64,000 nucleotides of DNA from contig CBDUZE010000021.1 in the NCBI GenBank assembly GCA_965371625.1, forward strand, positions 1,725 to 65,724. The letters are read 5' to 3'. Made by a program: the position numbers and the translations under genes. The notes under the pieces were generated by a model. That model saw nothing but the letters and a program-made list of their open reading frames with translations, ran no database searches and was not told the DNA's origin. Every line of letters starts with the position of its first letter. Position 1 is the stretch's first letter. Below, in pieces: positions 20,080 through 33,161 of this stretch. Source of the DNA: an uncultured Alphaproteobacteria bacterium. Its GTDB lineage: Bacteria; Pseudomonadota; Alphaproteobacteria; CBDUZE01.

Positions 20080-21057
20080 TCACCCGGCCGCCACGATGAT
20101 GCCCGAGAGGCCATTGAACTGGGCCACCAGGTACGCCGAGTAGGCGATCACGAAGAGCGCGCCGACGACGCGGCCGATGGGGGCGCAGCGCAACGTGAAG
20201 CCGCCCAGCAGCAGCGCCACACCGAGCATGACCCAGATATCGAAGGACAGGATCTCGCTCGGTACCGGGATCGGCGCCGCCATCGCCGTCACGCCCATGA
20301 TGCCGAGCAGGTTGAACATGTTGGAGCCCAGCACGTTGCCGAGCGCGACCTCGCCGTGGCGGCGCACGGCCGCCACCATCGAGGTCGCGAGCTCGGGCAG
20401 CGAGGTCCCCAACGCCACCAGGGTGAGGCCGATCACCGTCTCGGAAACGCCGATCGCGCGGGCCACCTCGGTGGCGCCGTCGATGAGTATGTGGGAGCCG
20501 AGGGCCAGCCCCAGGCATCCCCCCAACACCAGGACCACCGACGCCGAGATCGCGCGGGGCATGATCTCGATGCCCTCGAGGTCGCGGCTGGAGTCCTCGA
20601 TCGCCCGGTCTCGCGGGCGCACCGCACGCAGGTAGGAGTAGACGAGGAACACCACCAAGAGCGCCAACAGCATACCGCCGTGCCAGCGCTCGAAGAGCCG
20701 GCCCCAGGCGATGAATGCGAAGAACAGGCTGGCGATCAGCATCAGCGTGCTGTCGCGGCGCAGGCCCTCGGGGTCGCAGATGATGGGATAGACCAGGGCG
20801 CTCATCCCCAGCACCAGGAGCACGTTGGCGATGTTGCTTCCGACCACGTTGCCAATGGCGAGATCGGGCTGGCCCGTCAGCGCCGCCTCGACGCAGACCA
20901 CGAGCTCGGGTGCCGAGGTGCCGAAGGCGACCACCGTGACGCCGATGACCAGGGGCGAGATGCCGAGGCGCTCGGAAATGCCGACGGCGCCGCGCACCAA
21001 CAAATCACCGCCGACGAGCAGCACTGCGAGGCCGGCGGCGACTTGCAGATAGATCAT
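20080..21057 (-). CDS. calcium/sodium (cation) antiporter, CaCA/YrbG family
   Basis: There are two alpha-repeat motifs, GTSAPELVV and GTSLPELATS, and about 10 TM segments. Confidence 0.85.
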   Translation of the reverse strand: MIYLQVAAGLAVLLVGGDLLVRGAVGISERLGISPLVIGVTVVAFGTSAPELVVCVEAALTGQPDLAIGNVVGSNIANVLLVLGMSALVYPIICDPEGLRRDSTLMLIASLFFAFIAWGRLFERWHGGMLLALLVVFLVYSYLRAVRPRDRAIEDSSRDLEGIEIMPRAISASVVLVLGGCLGLALGSHILIDGATEVARAIGVSETVIGLTLVALGTSLPELATSMVAAVRRHGEVALGNVLGSNMFNLLGIMGVTAMAAPIPVPSEILSFDIWVMLGVALLLGGFTLRCAPIGRVVGALFVIAYSAYLVAQFNGLSGIIVAAG

Positions 21058-21216
21058 ACTCTAACTCTCTGCCGCTGGGCGGTACGCGCGGGCGCCGGGA
21101 GCGCGCCGCCGCCGTGGCCGTGGCGCCGCGTCTCGCCCGAATATGGGGACGCGGGCGCCGAATCCCAAGGGAGCGGCGGCGCTCGGGCGCCGAGGAGGGG
21201 AGCCGCCGGGCCCGGC

Positions 21217-21633
21217 CTAGGCCGTCCCGGCCCCGGCCTCGGCGTAGCTCAGCACCATGTCGCGAAGCGTGGCGATGCCCACCAGCCGGCGCTCGTGATC
21301 GACCACCAGGCCGCGCCTGAGGCCAAGCTGCACCAGCAGGCGGATGGCGTACTTGATGTCCATCTCGGCGTCGAGCGTCACCACCGGCTTGCGCATGATC
21401 TCGTAAACGTTGACCCGGTCCGGCGAGCGGTTGGCGGCGACCACCTCCCGGGCCAGGTCGAGAATGGCGACCAGGCCGAACTCGTCCTGCTCGTCGCGTC
21501 GCTCGACCACCATCGAGCTGACCCCGGCCTCGCTCATCGCCACCATCGCCTCGCGCGCCGTGGCCATCGAATCGATGGTCCTGACCGCGCCGGTCATGAC
21601 CTCGCTTACCTTGATGTGGGGTTCGTCTTTCAT
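21217..21633 (-). CDS. CBS domain pair protein
   Basis: Tandem CBS repeats are present (VSEVMTGAVRTIDSMATAREA...; VYEIMRKPVVTLDAEMDIKYA...). The ATG at 21633 is preceded by agggag. The ORF maximum extends to 21663. Confidence 0.75.
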   Translation of the reverse strand: MKDEPHIKVSEVMTGAVRTIDSMATAREAMVAMSEAGVSSMVVERRDEQDEFGLVAILDLAREVVAANRSPDRVNVYEIMRKPVVTLDAEMDIKYAIRLLVQLGLRRGLVVDHERRLVGIATLRDMVLSYAEAGAGTA

Positions 21634-21646
21634 GGCGCCGCGCTCC

Positions 21647-21997
21647 CTATAGCTGATCGACAATCTCTTCCGAGATCGCCCTGAGTTGCGAGCTCAGCCC
21701 CACCGCGTCCTCGATACCGAGCTGGAAGGCGATGCCGGAGCCGGGCTTGTCGTCGAACTGGCCGATGCTGCAGATGGTCTCGAGGATGTCGCGGCTGATC
21801 TGCTCGGCGACCAGGAACATCAAGAGATCCCGCTGCCCGGCGAGCTCGAGGCCGAGGAAGGTCTTCTCCGGCTCGATGCCCTCGCCGCGCACGCTGGTGA
21901 CCACGGTGGCGCCGGTGGCGCCGGCTTCGCGCGCCGCCTGGAGCACGTCGTCGGTGCGGTCTTCGGCCACCAGGGCCATGATCAGCTTGAACTTCAT
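21647..21997 (-). CDS. P-II-like signal-transduction protein
   Basis: The ferredoxin-like beta-alpha-beta pattern MKFKLIMALVAEDRTDDVLQAAREAGATGATVV..VRGEG is typical of PII-family proteins. Its ATG overlaps the stop of the upstream DUF1538 gene (TGATG). Confidence 0.7.
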   Translation of the reverse strand: MKFKLIMALVAEDRTDDVLQAAREAGATGATVVTSVRGEGIEPEKTFLGLELAGQRDLLMFLVAEQISRDILETICSIGQFDDKPGSGIAFQLGIEDAVGLSSQLRAISEEIVDQL

Positions 21998-22764
21998 CAC
22001 ACCCTCCTTTCGGCGCGGCGGCGGCGGTGGCGCCACTCGCCGAGCTGGGCGTAGCCCATCACGGTAATCATCGGGAACAGACTTGCAAAGGCGATCAGCC
22101 CGAAGCCGTCGAGCGCCGCGCTGCGCCCGGGGATGGCCGAGGCAAGGCCCAGTCCCAGCGCGGTCACCAGCGGCACGGTCACGGTCGAGGTGGTGACGCC
22201 GCCCGAGTCGTAGGCGAGCGGGATGATGGCGCGGCTGGTGGTGAAGGTCTGCAAGATCACCACCAGGTAGCCGACGATGAGGAAATAATGCAGCGGCGCG
22301 CCGCTGACGATGCGCACGGTGCCGAGCGCCACGCCGACGGCGACCCCGATGGCGACCGCGAGGCGCAGGCCGCGGACCCCGATGGCACCGCCCGAGACCT
22401 CGTTGGCCTTGATCGCCACCGCGATCAGCGAGGGCTCGGCGAAGGTGGTGGCGAAGCCGATCGCCGCGGCGAAGAGGTAGAGCCAGAGATAGTCGCCCAG
22501 GCGGGCGCCCGCGGCGCCGGTCAAGGCGAGCGCGGTGAGCTGCTCGGCCATCAGGCGGCCCAAGGGAAAGAGCGCCTGCTCGAGGCCGACGAGGAAGAGA
22601 GTGAGCCCGGCCAGAACGTAGAGCGCGCCGATCACCAGCCGCGTCAGGTGGGGCGGCCGGCGGCGCAACAAGAAGGCCTGGAAACCCACCAGCACGACGA
22701 CGATGGGGGCGACGTCGAAGAGCGTCTCGAGCGCGGTGGCGCCAAGCTGGTCGAGGAAGCTCAC
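21997..22764 (-). CDS. DUF1538 family integral membrane protein (paralog 2)
   Basis: It is polytopic and hydrophobic. It is a paralog of the next gene, with shared motifs LFLVGLEQALFPLG / AEPSLIAVA / [25 protein letters not shown]. Confidence 0.75.
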   Translation of the reverse strand: MSFLDQLGATALETLFDVAPIVVVLVGFQAFLLRRRPPHLTRLVIGALYVLAGLTLFLVGLEQALFPLGRLMAEQLTALALTGAAGARLGDYLWLYLFAAAIGFATTFAEPSLIAVAIKANEVSGGAIGVRGLRLAVAIGVAVGVALGTVRIVSGAPLHYFLIVGYLVVILQTFTTSRAIIPLAYDSGGVTTSTVTVPLVTALGLGLASAIPGRSAALDGFGLIAFASLFPMITVMGYAQLGEWRHRRRRAERRV

Positions 22765-22770
22765 TGGCCC

Positions 22771-23517
22771 TCAGCCCACCAGCCGCCAGGCCATGCCGAA
22801 GAAGATAACGAAGATCATCGGCGTCAGCGAGGCCAGGGCGATGAGCCCGAAGCCGTCGGCGAGCGGGCTGCGGCCCTTGATGCAGCTCGCCAGGCCGACG
22901 CCGAGCGCCGTCACCAGCGGCACCGTGATCGTCGAGGTGGTGACCCCGCCCGAGTCGTAGGCGATGCCCACCACCTCCGCGGGCGCCACGAAGGTGAGCG
23001 CGACCACGATGACGTAGCCGCCGATGATGAGCACCGGCAACGACCAGCCCTTCAAGATGCGCAGCACGCCGATCACCAGCGCCGCCCCCACCGCCACCGC
23101 CACCGTCATGCGCAGCCAGAAGGCGTAGGAGGCGCGCGCCTCCGGCGTGTCAGCGAGCGCGCCGGCCTCGGCCACCGCCAAGGCCGCCTCGCCGGCCACC
23201 GCGATCAGCGCCGGCTCGGCCACGGTGGCGCTGAAGCCGAGGGCGAAGGCGAAGGCCAGGAGCCAGGGCAGGCTGCCCTTGCGGGCGAAGTCGTAGGCCA
23301 TGCTCTCGCCCAGGGGAAAGAGCCCCATCTCGAGGCCCTGGACGAACAGCGTGAGGCCCAGCATCACCAGCACCAGCCCTAAGAGGATGGCGCCGAGATC
23401 GGGCGGCGGCCCGCCCAGCACCACGAGCTGGAAGAACGCCACCACCACGACGATGGGCGCCAGGTCCCGCGCCGAGCCCGCCACCAGGCGGGCGAAGGAG
23501 GTGAGCTGATTGAGCAT
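22771..23517 (-). CDS. DUF1538 family integral membrane protein (paralog 1)
   Basis: The start was set at the ATG at 23517 (MLNQLTSF). Motifs are [23 protein letters not shown] and [25 protein letters not shown]. Confidence 0.75.
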   Translation of the reverse strand: MLNQLTSFARLVAGSARDLAPIVVVVAFFQLVVLGGPPPDLGAILLGLVLVMLGLTLFVQGLEMGLFPLGESMAYDFARKGSLPWLLAFAFALGFSATVAEPALIAVAGEAALAVAEAGALADTPEARASYAFWLRMTVAVAVGAALVIGVLRILKGWSLPVLIIGGYVIVVALTFVAPAEVVGIAYDSGGVTTSTITVPLVTALGVGLASCIKGRSPLADGFGLIALASLTPMIFVIFFGMAWRLVG

Positions 23518-23698
23518 GTCGCGGCGCTTGACCTCGGCGAGATTCGGGCACCCGTGGCGCTTGCGGATTTGGACGGCCGGCGCGCGCCCTGTCAAGCGCG
23601 GCGGGGGGCGGGGACGGTCTCGCCGGATCGGGCCATAACGGGGGCGCGCAGCCGAGGACCGATCCGATGGCGATGAAGACGCCGCCCCATCGCCCGAG

Positions 23699-23791
23699 AT
23701 GGCGATCCGCCTCGAGAAGGCCTTCGGCGGCACCGCCGAGGCCTGGCTCAAGATGCAGGCGGCGTACGACCTCGCCCAGGCGCGGCGGTAA
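23699..23791 (+). pseudogene. 3' fragment of a HigA/VapI-type (Xre HTH) antitoxin gene
   Basis: The translation (SP)[31 protein letters not shown] matches the C-terminal third of HigA antitoxins. No HTH N-terminus or higB gene lies upstream. Confidence 0.5.
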
Positions 23792-23875
23792 GAGGACCAG
23801 ATCGAGTTCGAGCGCTACGCGAATGCGTGCGGCGTCATGTCGCAAGCACCGCGCGGCGCTTGCCGAAGCCTCCCC

Positions 23876-26032
<2,157 letters not shown>

Positions 26033-26289
26033 GGCCCTTTATATGCCCTCGCCCGCGGCCAACGCCAGGGCCGCGGCGGGGTCAGGGTCGCGCGGCGGGG
26101 ACGAGCGCTTCGAGCTCGGCGATCAACGGCGGCAGGTCCTCGGTGACGATGTTCCAGACGATGTCGAGGTTCACGTCATAATTTCCATGCGTGAGGCGAT
26201 CGCGGGTTCCAGCAATCAATCGCCAGGGGATCTGGGAGTGTTTGCGGCGAAACTCGTCGAAGACGCCTTTTGCCGCCTCACCCAGAATT

Positions 26290-28062
<1,773 letters not shown>

Positions 28063-28187
28063 AGCTTCGCCCGGATGGCAAGCCGGGCCGCCCGGATTTT
28101 CCTTGCAAGCGCCGCGGCGGGCTGAAAACATAACCCAAACAGCCGGCGCGACGGTCGGCGGGGCTGGACATACCGCGAGGCGATCAT

Positions 28188-30209
28188 ATGAGCAACGGCA
28201 CGGCCGCCGGGCCACGCAACGTGGCACTGGTGGGACCCTATTTGAGCGGCAAGACGACGCTCCTCGAGAGCATCCTGTTCGCCACCGGGGCGATCAACCG
28301 CAAAGGCTCGGTAACCGAGGGCAATACGGTGGGCGACAGCTCGCCCGAGGCGCGGGCGCGGGAGATGGGCGTCGAGCTCAACGTCGCCAGCGCCAGCTTT
28401 CTCGGCGACAACCTCACCTTCCTCGATTGTCCGGGCTCGATCGAGTTCCTGCAAGAGGCCCACAACGCGCTGCTCGGCGTCGACGCCGCGGTGGTGGTGT
28501 GCGAGGCCGACCCCACCAAGGCGGCGACCTTGGGGCCGCTCTTGAGGTTCCTCGAGGACCACGCCATCCCGAGGTTGATCTTCGTCAACAAGATCGACCG
28601 CGCCAGCGGGCGGGTGCAGGACCTGCTGGAGGCGCTGCAGGCGGTGTCGGCACAGCCGCTGGTGCTGCGTCAGGTGCCCATTCGCGATGGCGAGCAGGTC
28701 ACCGGCTACGTCGATCTGGCCAGCGAGCGCGCCTTTCTCTATCGCCCCGACGCGGCCTCGGAGATCGTCGAGATTCCCGCTTCGATGTCGGACGAGAAAG
28801 CCGAGGCCCGCTACCTGATGCTCGAGAAGCTGGCCGACTTCGACGACACCCTGATGGAGCAGCTCCTCGAGGACGAGGAGCCCGCCAACGAGGAGGTCTT
28901 CGTCCAGCTCACCAAGGACCTGAGGGAAGGCAAGATCGTGCCGGCGCTGTTGGGCGCGGGCGAGCATCAGCATGGCGTGAAGCGGCTCTTGAAGGCGCTC
29001 CGCCACGAGGTGCCGGGACCCGCCGTCGCCGCCGAAAGGCTGGGCATGGAGGCCAACGGCGAACCCCTGGCCCAGGTGCTCAAGACCTACCACACGATGC
29101 ATGGCGGCAAGCTCTCGGTGGCCCGCGTGTGGCGCGGCGTGATCAAGGACGGGGCGACGCTCAACGGCGATCGGGTCTCGGGCGTCTTCCGCATGATGGG
29201 GCCGCAGACCGAGAAGGTGGCTGAGGCCAAGGCCGGCGACGTGGTGGCCTTCGGGCGGCTCGAGAGCGCGCGCACCGGCGATACCCTCAGCCCGGGCAAG
29301 CCCGACCTCGAGCTGGAGCGGGCCGAGGTCCTGCCGCCCGTCTTTCACCTGGCGGTGACCGCCGCCGACCGGGCCGACGAGGTCAAGCTCTCGGGCGCCG
29401 TGGCCAAGGTGGTCGAGGAAGATCCCTCGCTGTCGTTGGAGCAGAACCAGGACACCCAGGAGATGCTGCTCTGGGGCCAGGGCGACATCCACCTCAAGAT
29501 CGCCTTCGACCGGCTTAAATCGAAGTACGGCCTCGAGGTCGTCACCAGGCGCCCCAAGGTTCCCTACAAAGAGGCGATCCGAAGGCCGATCAGCCAACGC
29601 GGCCGCCACAAGCGCCAGACCGGCGGCCATGGGCAGTACGGCGACGTGGTCCTGGACATCAAGCCGCTGCCGCGAGGCTCGGGCTTCCAGTTCGACAACA
29701 AGATCGTCGGCGGGGTGGTGCCCAAGCAATACATCCCTTCGGTGGAGCACGGGGTCAAGGAGTACCTGAGCGTGGGCCCGCTCGGCTTCCCGGTGGTGGA
29801 CATCTCGGTGACCCTGGTCGACGGCTCGTTCCACGCCGTCGACAGCTCCGACATGGCCTTCAAGACGGCGGGCAGGATCGCCATGTCCGAGGCCTTGCCG
29901 CAGTGCAACCCGGTACTCCTGGAGCCGATCCTCCTGGTCGCGATCTCGGTGCCGAGCGAGGCCACCTCGAAGGTGAATGGCGTCATCACCGGACGGCGAG
30001 GCCAGATTCTGGGCTTCGACGTCCGCCACGGCTGGCCCGGCTGGGACACGGTAAGCGCCCACATGCCCCAGGCCGAGATCCTCGACCTGATCGTGGAGCT
30101 GCGCTCGCTCACCCTCGGCGTCGGCACCTACACCTGGAAGTACGACCACCTCCAGGAGCTCACGGGGCGGATCGCCGACCAGGTGCTGGCCGAGACCGCG
30201 GCCGCTTAA
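28188..30209 (+). CDS. elongation factor G paralog (EF-G-like translational GTPase)
   Basis: G1 is GPYLSGKTT, G3 is DCPGS and G4 is NKID. EF-G domains II-V are recognisable (...GDIHLKIAFDRLK...). Confidence 0.85.
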   Translation: MSNGTAAGPRNVALVGPYLSGKTTLLESILFATGAINRKGSVTEGNTVGDSSPEARAREMGVELNVASASFLGDNLTFLDCPGSIEFLQEAHNALLGVDAAVVVCEADPTKAATLGPLLRFLEDHAIPRLIFVNKIDRASGRVQDLLEALQAVSAQPLVLRQVPIRDGEQVTGYVDLASERAFLYRPDAASEIVEIPASMSDEKAEARYLMLEKLADFDDTLMEQLLEDEEPANEEVFVQLTKDLREGKIVPALLGAGEHQHGVKRLLKALRHEVPGPAVAAERLGMEANGEPLAQVLKTYHTMHGGKLSVARVWRGVIKDGATLNGDRVSGVFRMMGPQTEKVAEAKAGDVVAFGRLESARTGDTLSPGKPDLELERAEVLPPVFHLAVTAADRADEVKLSGAVAKVVEEDPSLSLEQNQDTQEMLLWGQGDIHLKIAFDRLKSKYGLEVVTRRPKVPYKEAIRRPISQRGRHKRQTGGHGQYGDVVLDIKPLPRGSGFQFDNKIVGGVVPKQYIPSVEHGVKEYLSVGPLGFPVVDISVTLVDGSFHAVDSSDMAFKTAGRIAMSEALPQCNPVLLEPILLVAISVPSEATSKVNGVITGRRGQILGFDVRHGWPGWDTVSAHMPQAEILDLIVELRSLTLGVGTYTWKYDHLQELTGRIADQVLAETAAA

Positions 30210-30456
30210 GCGTCGAGCGCATCGACACCTTGGGCTTTGCCGCCCACACCGCCTGCCAGGCCGACGACCAAGCCACCGCGGACTTGCTCGTCCGCCGCCT
30301 CGACGCATACCAGAAGAGCGCCTGGATACTGTGCGGTCCGCTCGGCTAGGGCGCGCGGAGTGGCCCCTTCGGGCGCCGGCGCGCGCGGAAACTTGATCGC
30401 TTCGTGACCATCCGATTGCTTGCCTGGCGCCCGCAACCGCCCTATCTCGGGAGGCA

Positions 30457-31455
30457 GTGGCGGACAACGAGGGGCGCGACATGGCGATCCGAAAACGACG
30501 CGGCTGGGAGCTGCCGGAAAGCGCGGCGACGCCGGAGCATCTGTTCCGGACCCGGCGCCAGCTCATCAAGGGTCTCGCCGCCGGGAGCCTGATCGCGGCG
30601 GCAGCGCCGGCGCTTAATGTCGCCCGGGCGGCGGCCGGCGCGGCCCAGGATCCGTCCGCCGGGCTCTACCCCTTCATGCGCAATCCGCGCTACCAGCCGG
30701 GCCGCGACATCACGCCTGAGGGGGTGTCCTCGGTCTACAACAACTTCTACGAGTTCGGCTCCCACAAGCGCATCGCCAAGGCGGCGCAGAAGCTCGAGAT
30801 CCGGCCCTGGACCGTGACCATCGAGGGCATGGTCGAGAAGGAGATGACGATCGCCATCGACGATCTCATCCGGCGCATGCCGCGCGAGGAGCGTCTCTAC
30901 CGCCATCGTTGCGTCGAGGCCTGGTCGATGGCGGTGCCCTGGAGCGGTTTCGCCATGAAGGTGTTCATCGACCTCGCCCGGCCCACGGGCTCGGCCAAGT
31001 ACGTGGTGATGCAGACCTTCCACGACGCCTCGGTGGCCTCGGGCCAGAAGCAGTTCTGGTATCCCTGGCCCTACACCGAGGGCCTGACCATGGCCGAGGC
31101 CACCAACGAGCTTGCTTTCCTCGTCACCGGCGTCTACGGCAAACCGGCGGCCAAGCAGTTCGGGGCGCCGCTCAGGCTGGCGCTGCCCTGGAAGTACGGC
31201 TTCAAGTCGATCAAGTCGATCGTGCGCTTCCAGTTCACCGACCAGCGACCCTCGACCTTCTGGGAGAAGCTGCAGCCGAGCGAGTACGGCTTCTGGGCCA
31301 ACGTCAACCCCGAGGTGCCGCACCCGCGCTGGAGCCAGGCCACCGAGAAGGTGCTGGGCACCGGCAGCCGCGTGCCGACGGTGCTCTACAACGGCTACGG
31401 CGAGCAGGTCGCTCATCTCTACAAGGGTCTCGACGGCGAGCGCCTGTTCATGTGA
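30457..31455 (+). CDS. msrP: protein-methionine-sulfoxide reductase catalytic subunit (molybdopterin, Tat-exported)
   Basis: It has a twin-arginine signal (TRRQLIKGLAAGSLIAAAAP), the motif YNNFYEFGSHK and the motif HRCVEAWSM. An alternative start is the ATG at 30481. Confidence 0.85.
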   Translation: MADNEGRDMAIRKRRGWELPESAATPEHLFRTRRQLIKGLAAGSLIAAAAPALNVARAAAGAAQDPSAGLYPFMRNPRYQPGRDITPEGVSSVYNNFYEFGSHKRIAKAAQKLEIRPWTVTIEGMVEKEMTIAIDDLIRRMPREERLYRHRCVEAWSMAVPWSGFAMKVFIDLARPTGSAKYVVMQTFHDASVASGQKQFWYPWPYTEGLTMAEATNELAFLVTGVYGKPAAKQFGAPLRLALPWKYGFKSIKSIVRFQFTDQRPSTFWEKLQPSEYGFWANVNPEVPHPRWSQATEKVLGTGSRVPTVLYNGYGEQVAHLYKGLDGERLFM

Positions 31456-31506
31456 GGGCGCCATCGTTTAAGCTCGCCGCCCGCCCTTCGCCCGGACCCT
31501 CGGCGC

Positions 31507-32142
31507 ATGCCCCTCGAGCTGGTGATCTTCGATTGTGACGGCGTCCTCGTGGACTCCGAGCCGATCGCCAACCGCGTCCTCTCCGAAGCGCTCATCGAGC
31601 TCGGGCTCGACTGCGACGCCGCCGAGACCGAGCGCGCGACCCGGGGCCTCTCCATGGCCTCGGTGCTGATCTGGGCCGAGGCCGAGCTGGGGCGGCCCCT
31701 GCCCGAGGACTTCGCCGAGCGCGTGCAGTCGCGCACCTTCGCCGCCTTCCGCGCCGGGCTCGAGCCCGTGCCCGGGGTGGCGGCGGCGCTCGAGCGCATC
31801 CCCATCCCGATCTGCGTGGCCTCGAGCGGCGAGGCCGAGAAGGTCCGCCTCAGCCTCGGTCTCACCGGTCTCCTGCCCCGCTTCGAGGGCCGCATCTTCA
31901 GCGCCACCGAGGTGGCGCGGGGCAAGCCCCATCCCGACCTTTTCCTGCACGCGGCCCGGGCCATGGGCGCCGAGCCCGCGTCGTGCGCGGTCGTGGAGGA
32001 CAGCCTGCCCGGCATCGAGGCCGGCCGCGCCGCTGGAATGACCGTGCTCGCCTACGCCGATGGGCGCGACGCCGGGCCGCTCGCCGCCGCCGGCGCGCGG
32101 GTCTTCGTCGACATGGCCGAGCTCCCCGCGCTGCTCGGCTGA
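31507..32142 (+). CDS. HAD-superfamily hydrolase (subfamily IA, phosphatase/beta-PGM-like)
   Basis: Motif I is VIFDCDGVLVDSE. The later motifs ASSG, KPHPD and VEDSLPGIEAG are also present. Confidence 0.8.
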   Translation: MPLELVIFDCDGVLVDSEPIANRVLSEALIELGLDCDAAETERATRGLSMASVLIWAEAELGRPLPEDFAERVQSRTFAAFRAGLEPVPGVAAALERIPIPICVASSGEAEKVRLSLGLTGLLPRFEGRIFSATEVARGKPHPDLFLHAARAMGAEPASCAVVEDSLPGIEAGRAAGMTVLAYADGRDAGPLAAAGARVFVDMAELPALLG

Positions 32143-32204
32143 GTGTCCCGGGGGGCCGCGCCCGGTTGTTGACAAGGTGGGGCGCGGGCGCCAATAGGTG
32201 GCCC

Positions 32205-33161
32205 ATGGACACCTTTCTCGACTTCGAAAAGCCGATCGCCGAGCTCGAGGGCAAGATCAAGGAGCTGCGCCACCTCTCGGACCAGGACGGCATCGCCATC
32301 GAGGAGGAGGTGGCCAAGCTCGAGGGCAAGGTCGACAAGCTCCTGCAGCAGACCTACGCCAGGCTCACCCCCTGGCAGCGCACCCAGGTCGCGCGCCATC
32401 CCGAGCGGCCCCATTTCCACGACTACGTGGCCGGGCTGATCACCGACTTCACGGCCCTCGCCGGCGACCGCACCTACGGCGACGACAAGGCGGTGATCGG
32501 CGGCCTGGGCCGCTTTCGCGGCCGCGCGGTGGCGGTGATCGGCCACGAAAAGGGCTCGGACACCGAGAGCCGGGTCAGACACAACTTCGGCATGGCCCAT
32601 CCCGAGGGCTACCGCAAGGCGGTGCGCCTGATGCAGCTCGCCGAGCGCTTCCGCTTGCCGGTCATCACCCTGGTCGACACCCCCGGCGCCTACCCCGGCA
32701 TCGGCGCCGAGAAGCGCGGCCAGTCCGAGGCCATCGCGCGCTCGACCGAGGCCTGCCTCGACCTGCGGGTGCCGCTCATCAGCGTCATCGTCGGCGAGGG
32801 CGGCTCCGGGGGCGCCATCGCCATCGCCGCCGGCAACGTGGTGCTGATGCTCGAGCACGCCATCTACACGGTGATCTCGCCCGAGGGCTGCGCCTCGATC
32901 CTGTGGCGGAGCGCCGAGCGCGCCAGCGAGGCGGCCGAGGCGCTCAAGCTCACCGCCGACGACCTGCTGCGGCTCAAGGTCATCGACGGCGTCATCCTGG
33001 AGCCCCTGGGCGGCGCCCATCGGGGCCCCGACGAGACCATTCGCAACGTCGGCGACGAGATCGCCGAGGCCCTCGAGATGCTGGGCGAGTTCGGGGGCGA
33101 CGAGCTGCGCGCCCGCCGGCGCCAGAAGTTCCTCGACATAGGCGCGGTGGGGCTGGGCTAG
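32205..33161 (+). CDS. accA: acetyl-CoA carboxylase carboxyltransferase subunit alpha
   Basis: MDTFLDFEKPIAELEGKI...LTPWQRTQVARHPERP...DTPGAYPG...GEGGSGGA matches AccA. Confidence 0.95.
   Translation: MDTFLDFEKPIAELEGKIKELRHLSDQDGIAIEEEVAKLEGKVDKLLQQTYARLTPWQRTQVARHPERPHFHDYVAGLITDFTALAGDRTYGDDKAVIGGLGRFRGRAVAVIGHEKGSDTESRVRHNFGMAHPEGYRKAVRLMQLAERFRLPVITLVDTPGAYPGIGAEKRGQSEAIARSTEACLDLRVPLISVIVGEGGSGGAIAIAAGNVVLMLEHAIYTVISPEGCASILWRSAERASEAAEALKLTADDLLRLKVIDGVILEPLGGAHRGPDETIRNVGDEIAEALEMLGEFGGDELRARRRQKFLDIGAVGLG

Noticed and set aside
30209-30349. A short ORF downstream of the EF-G paralog (..ERIDTLGFAAHTACQADDQATADLLVRRLDAYQKSAWILCGPLG*).
   Set aside because: There is no convincing start codon or SD, no recognisable family, and the length is below what I can support.
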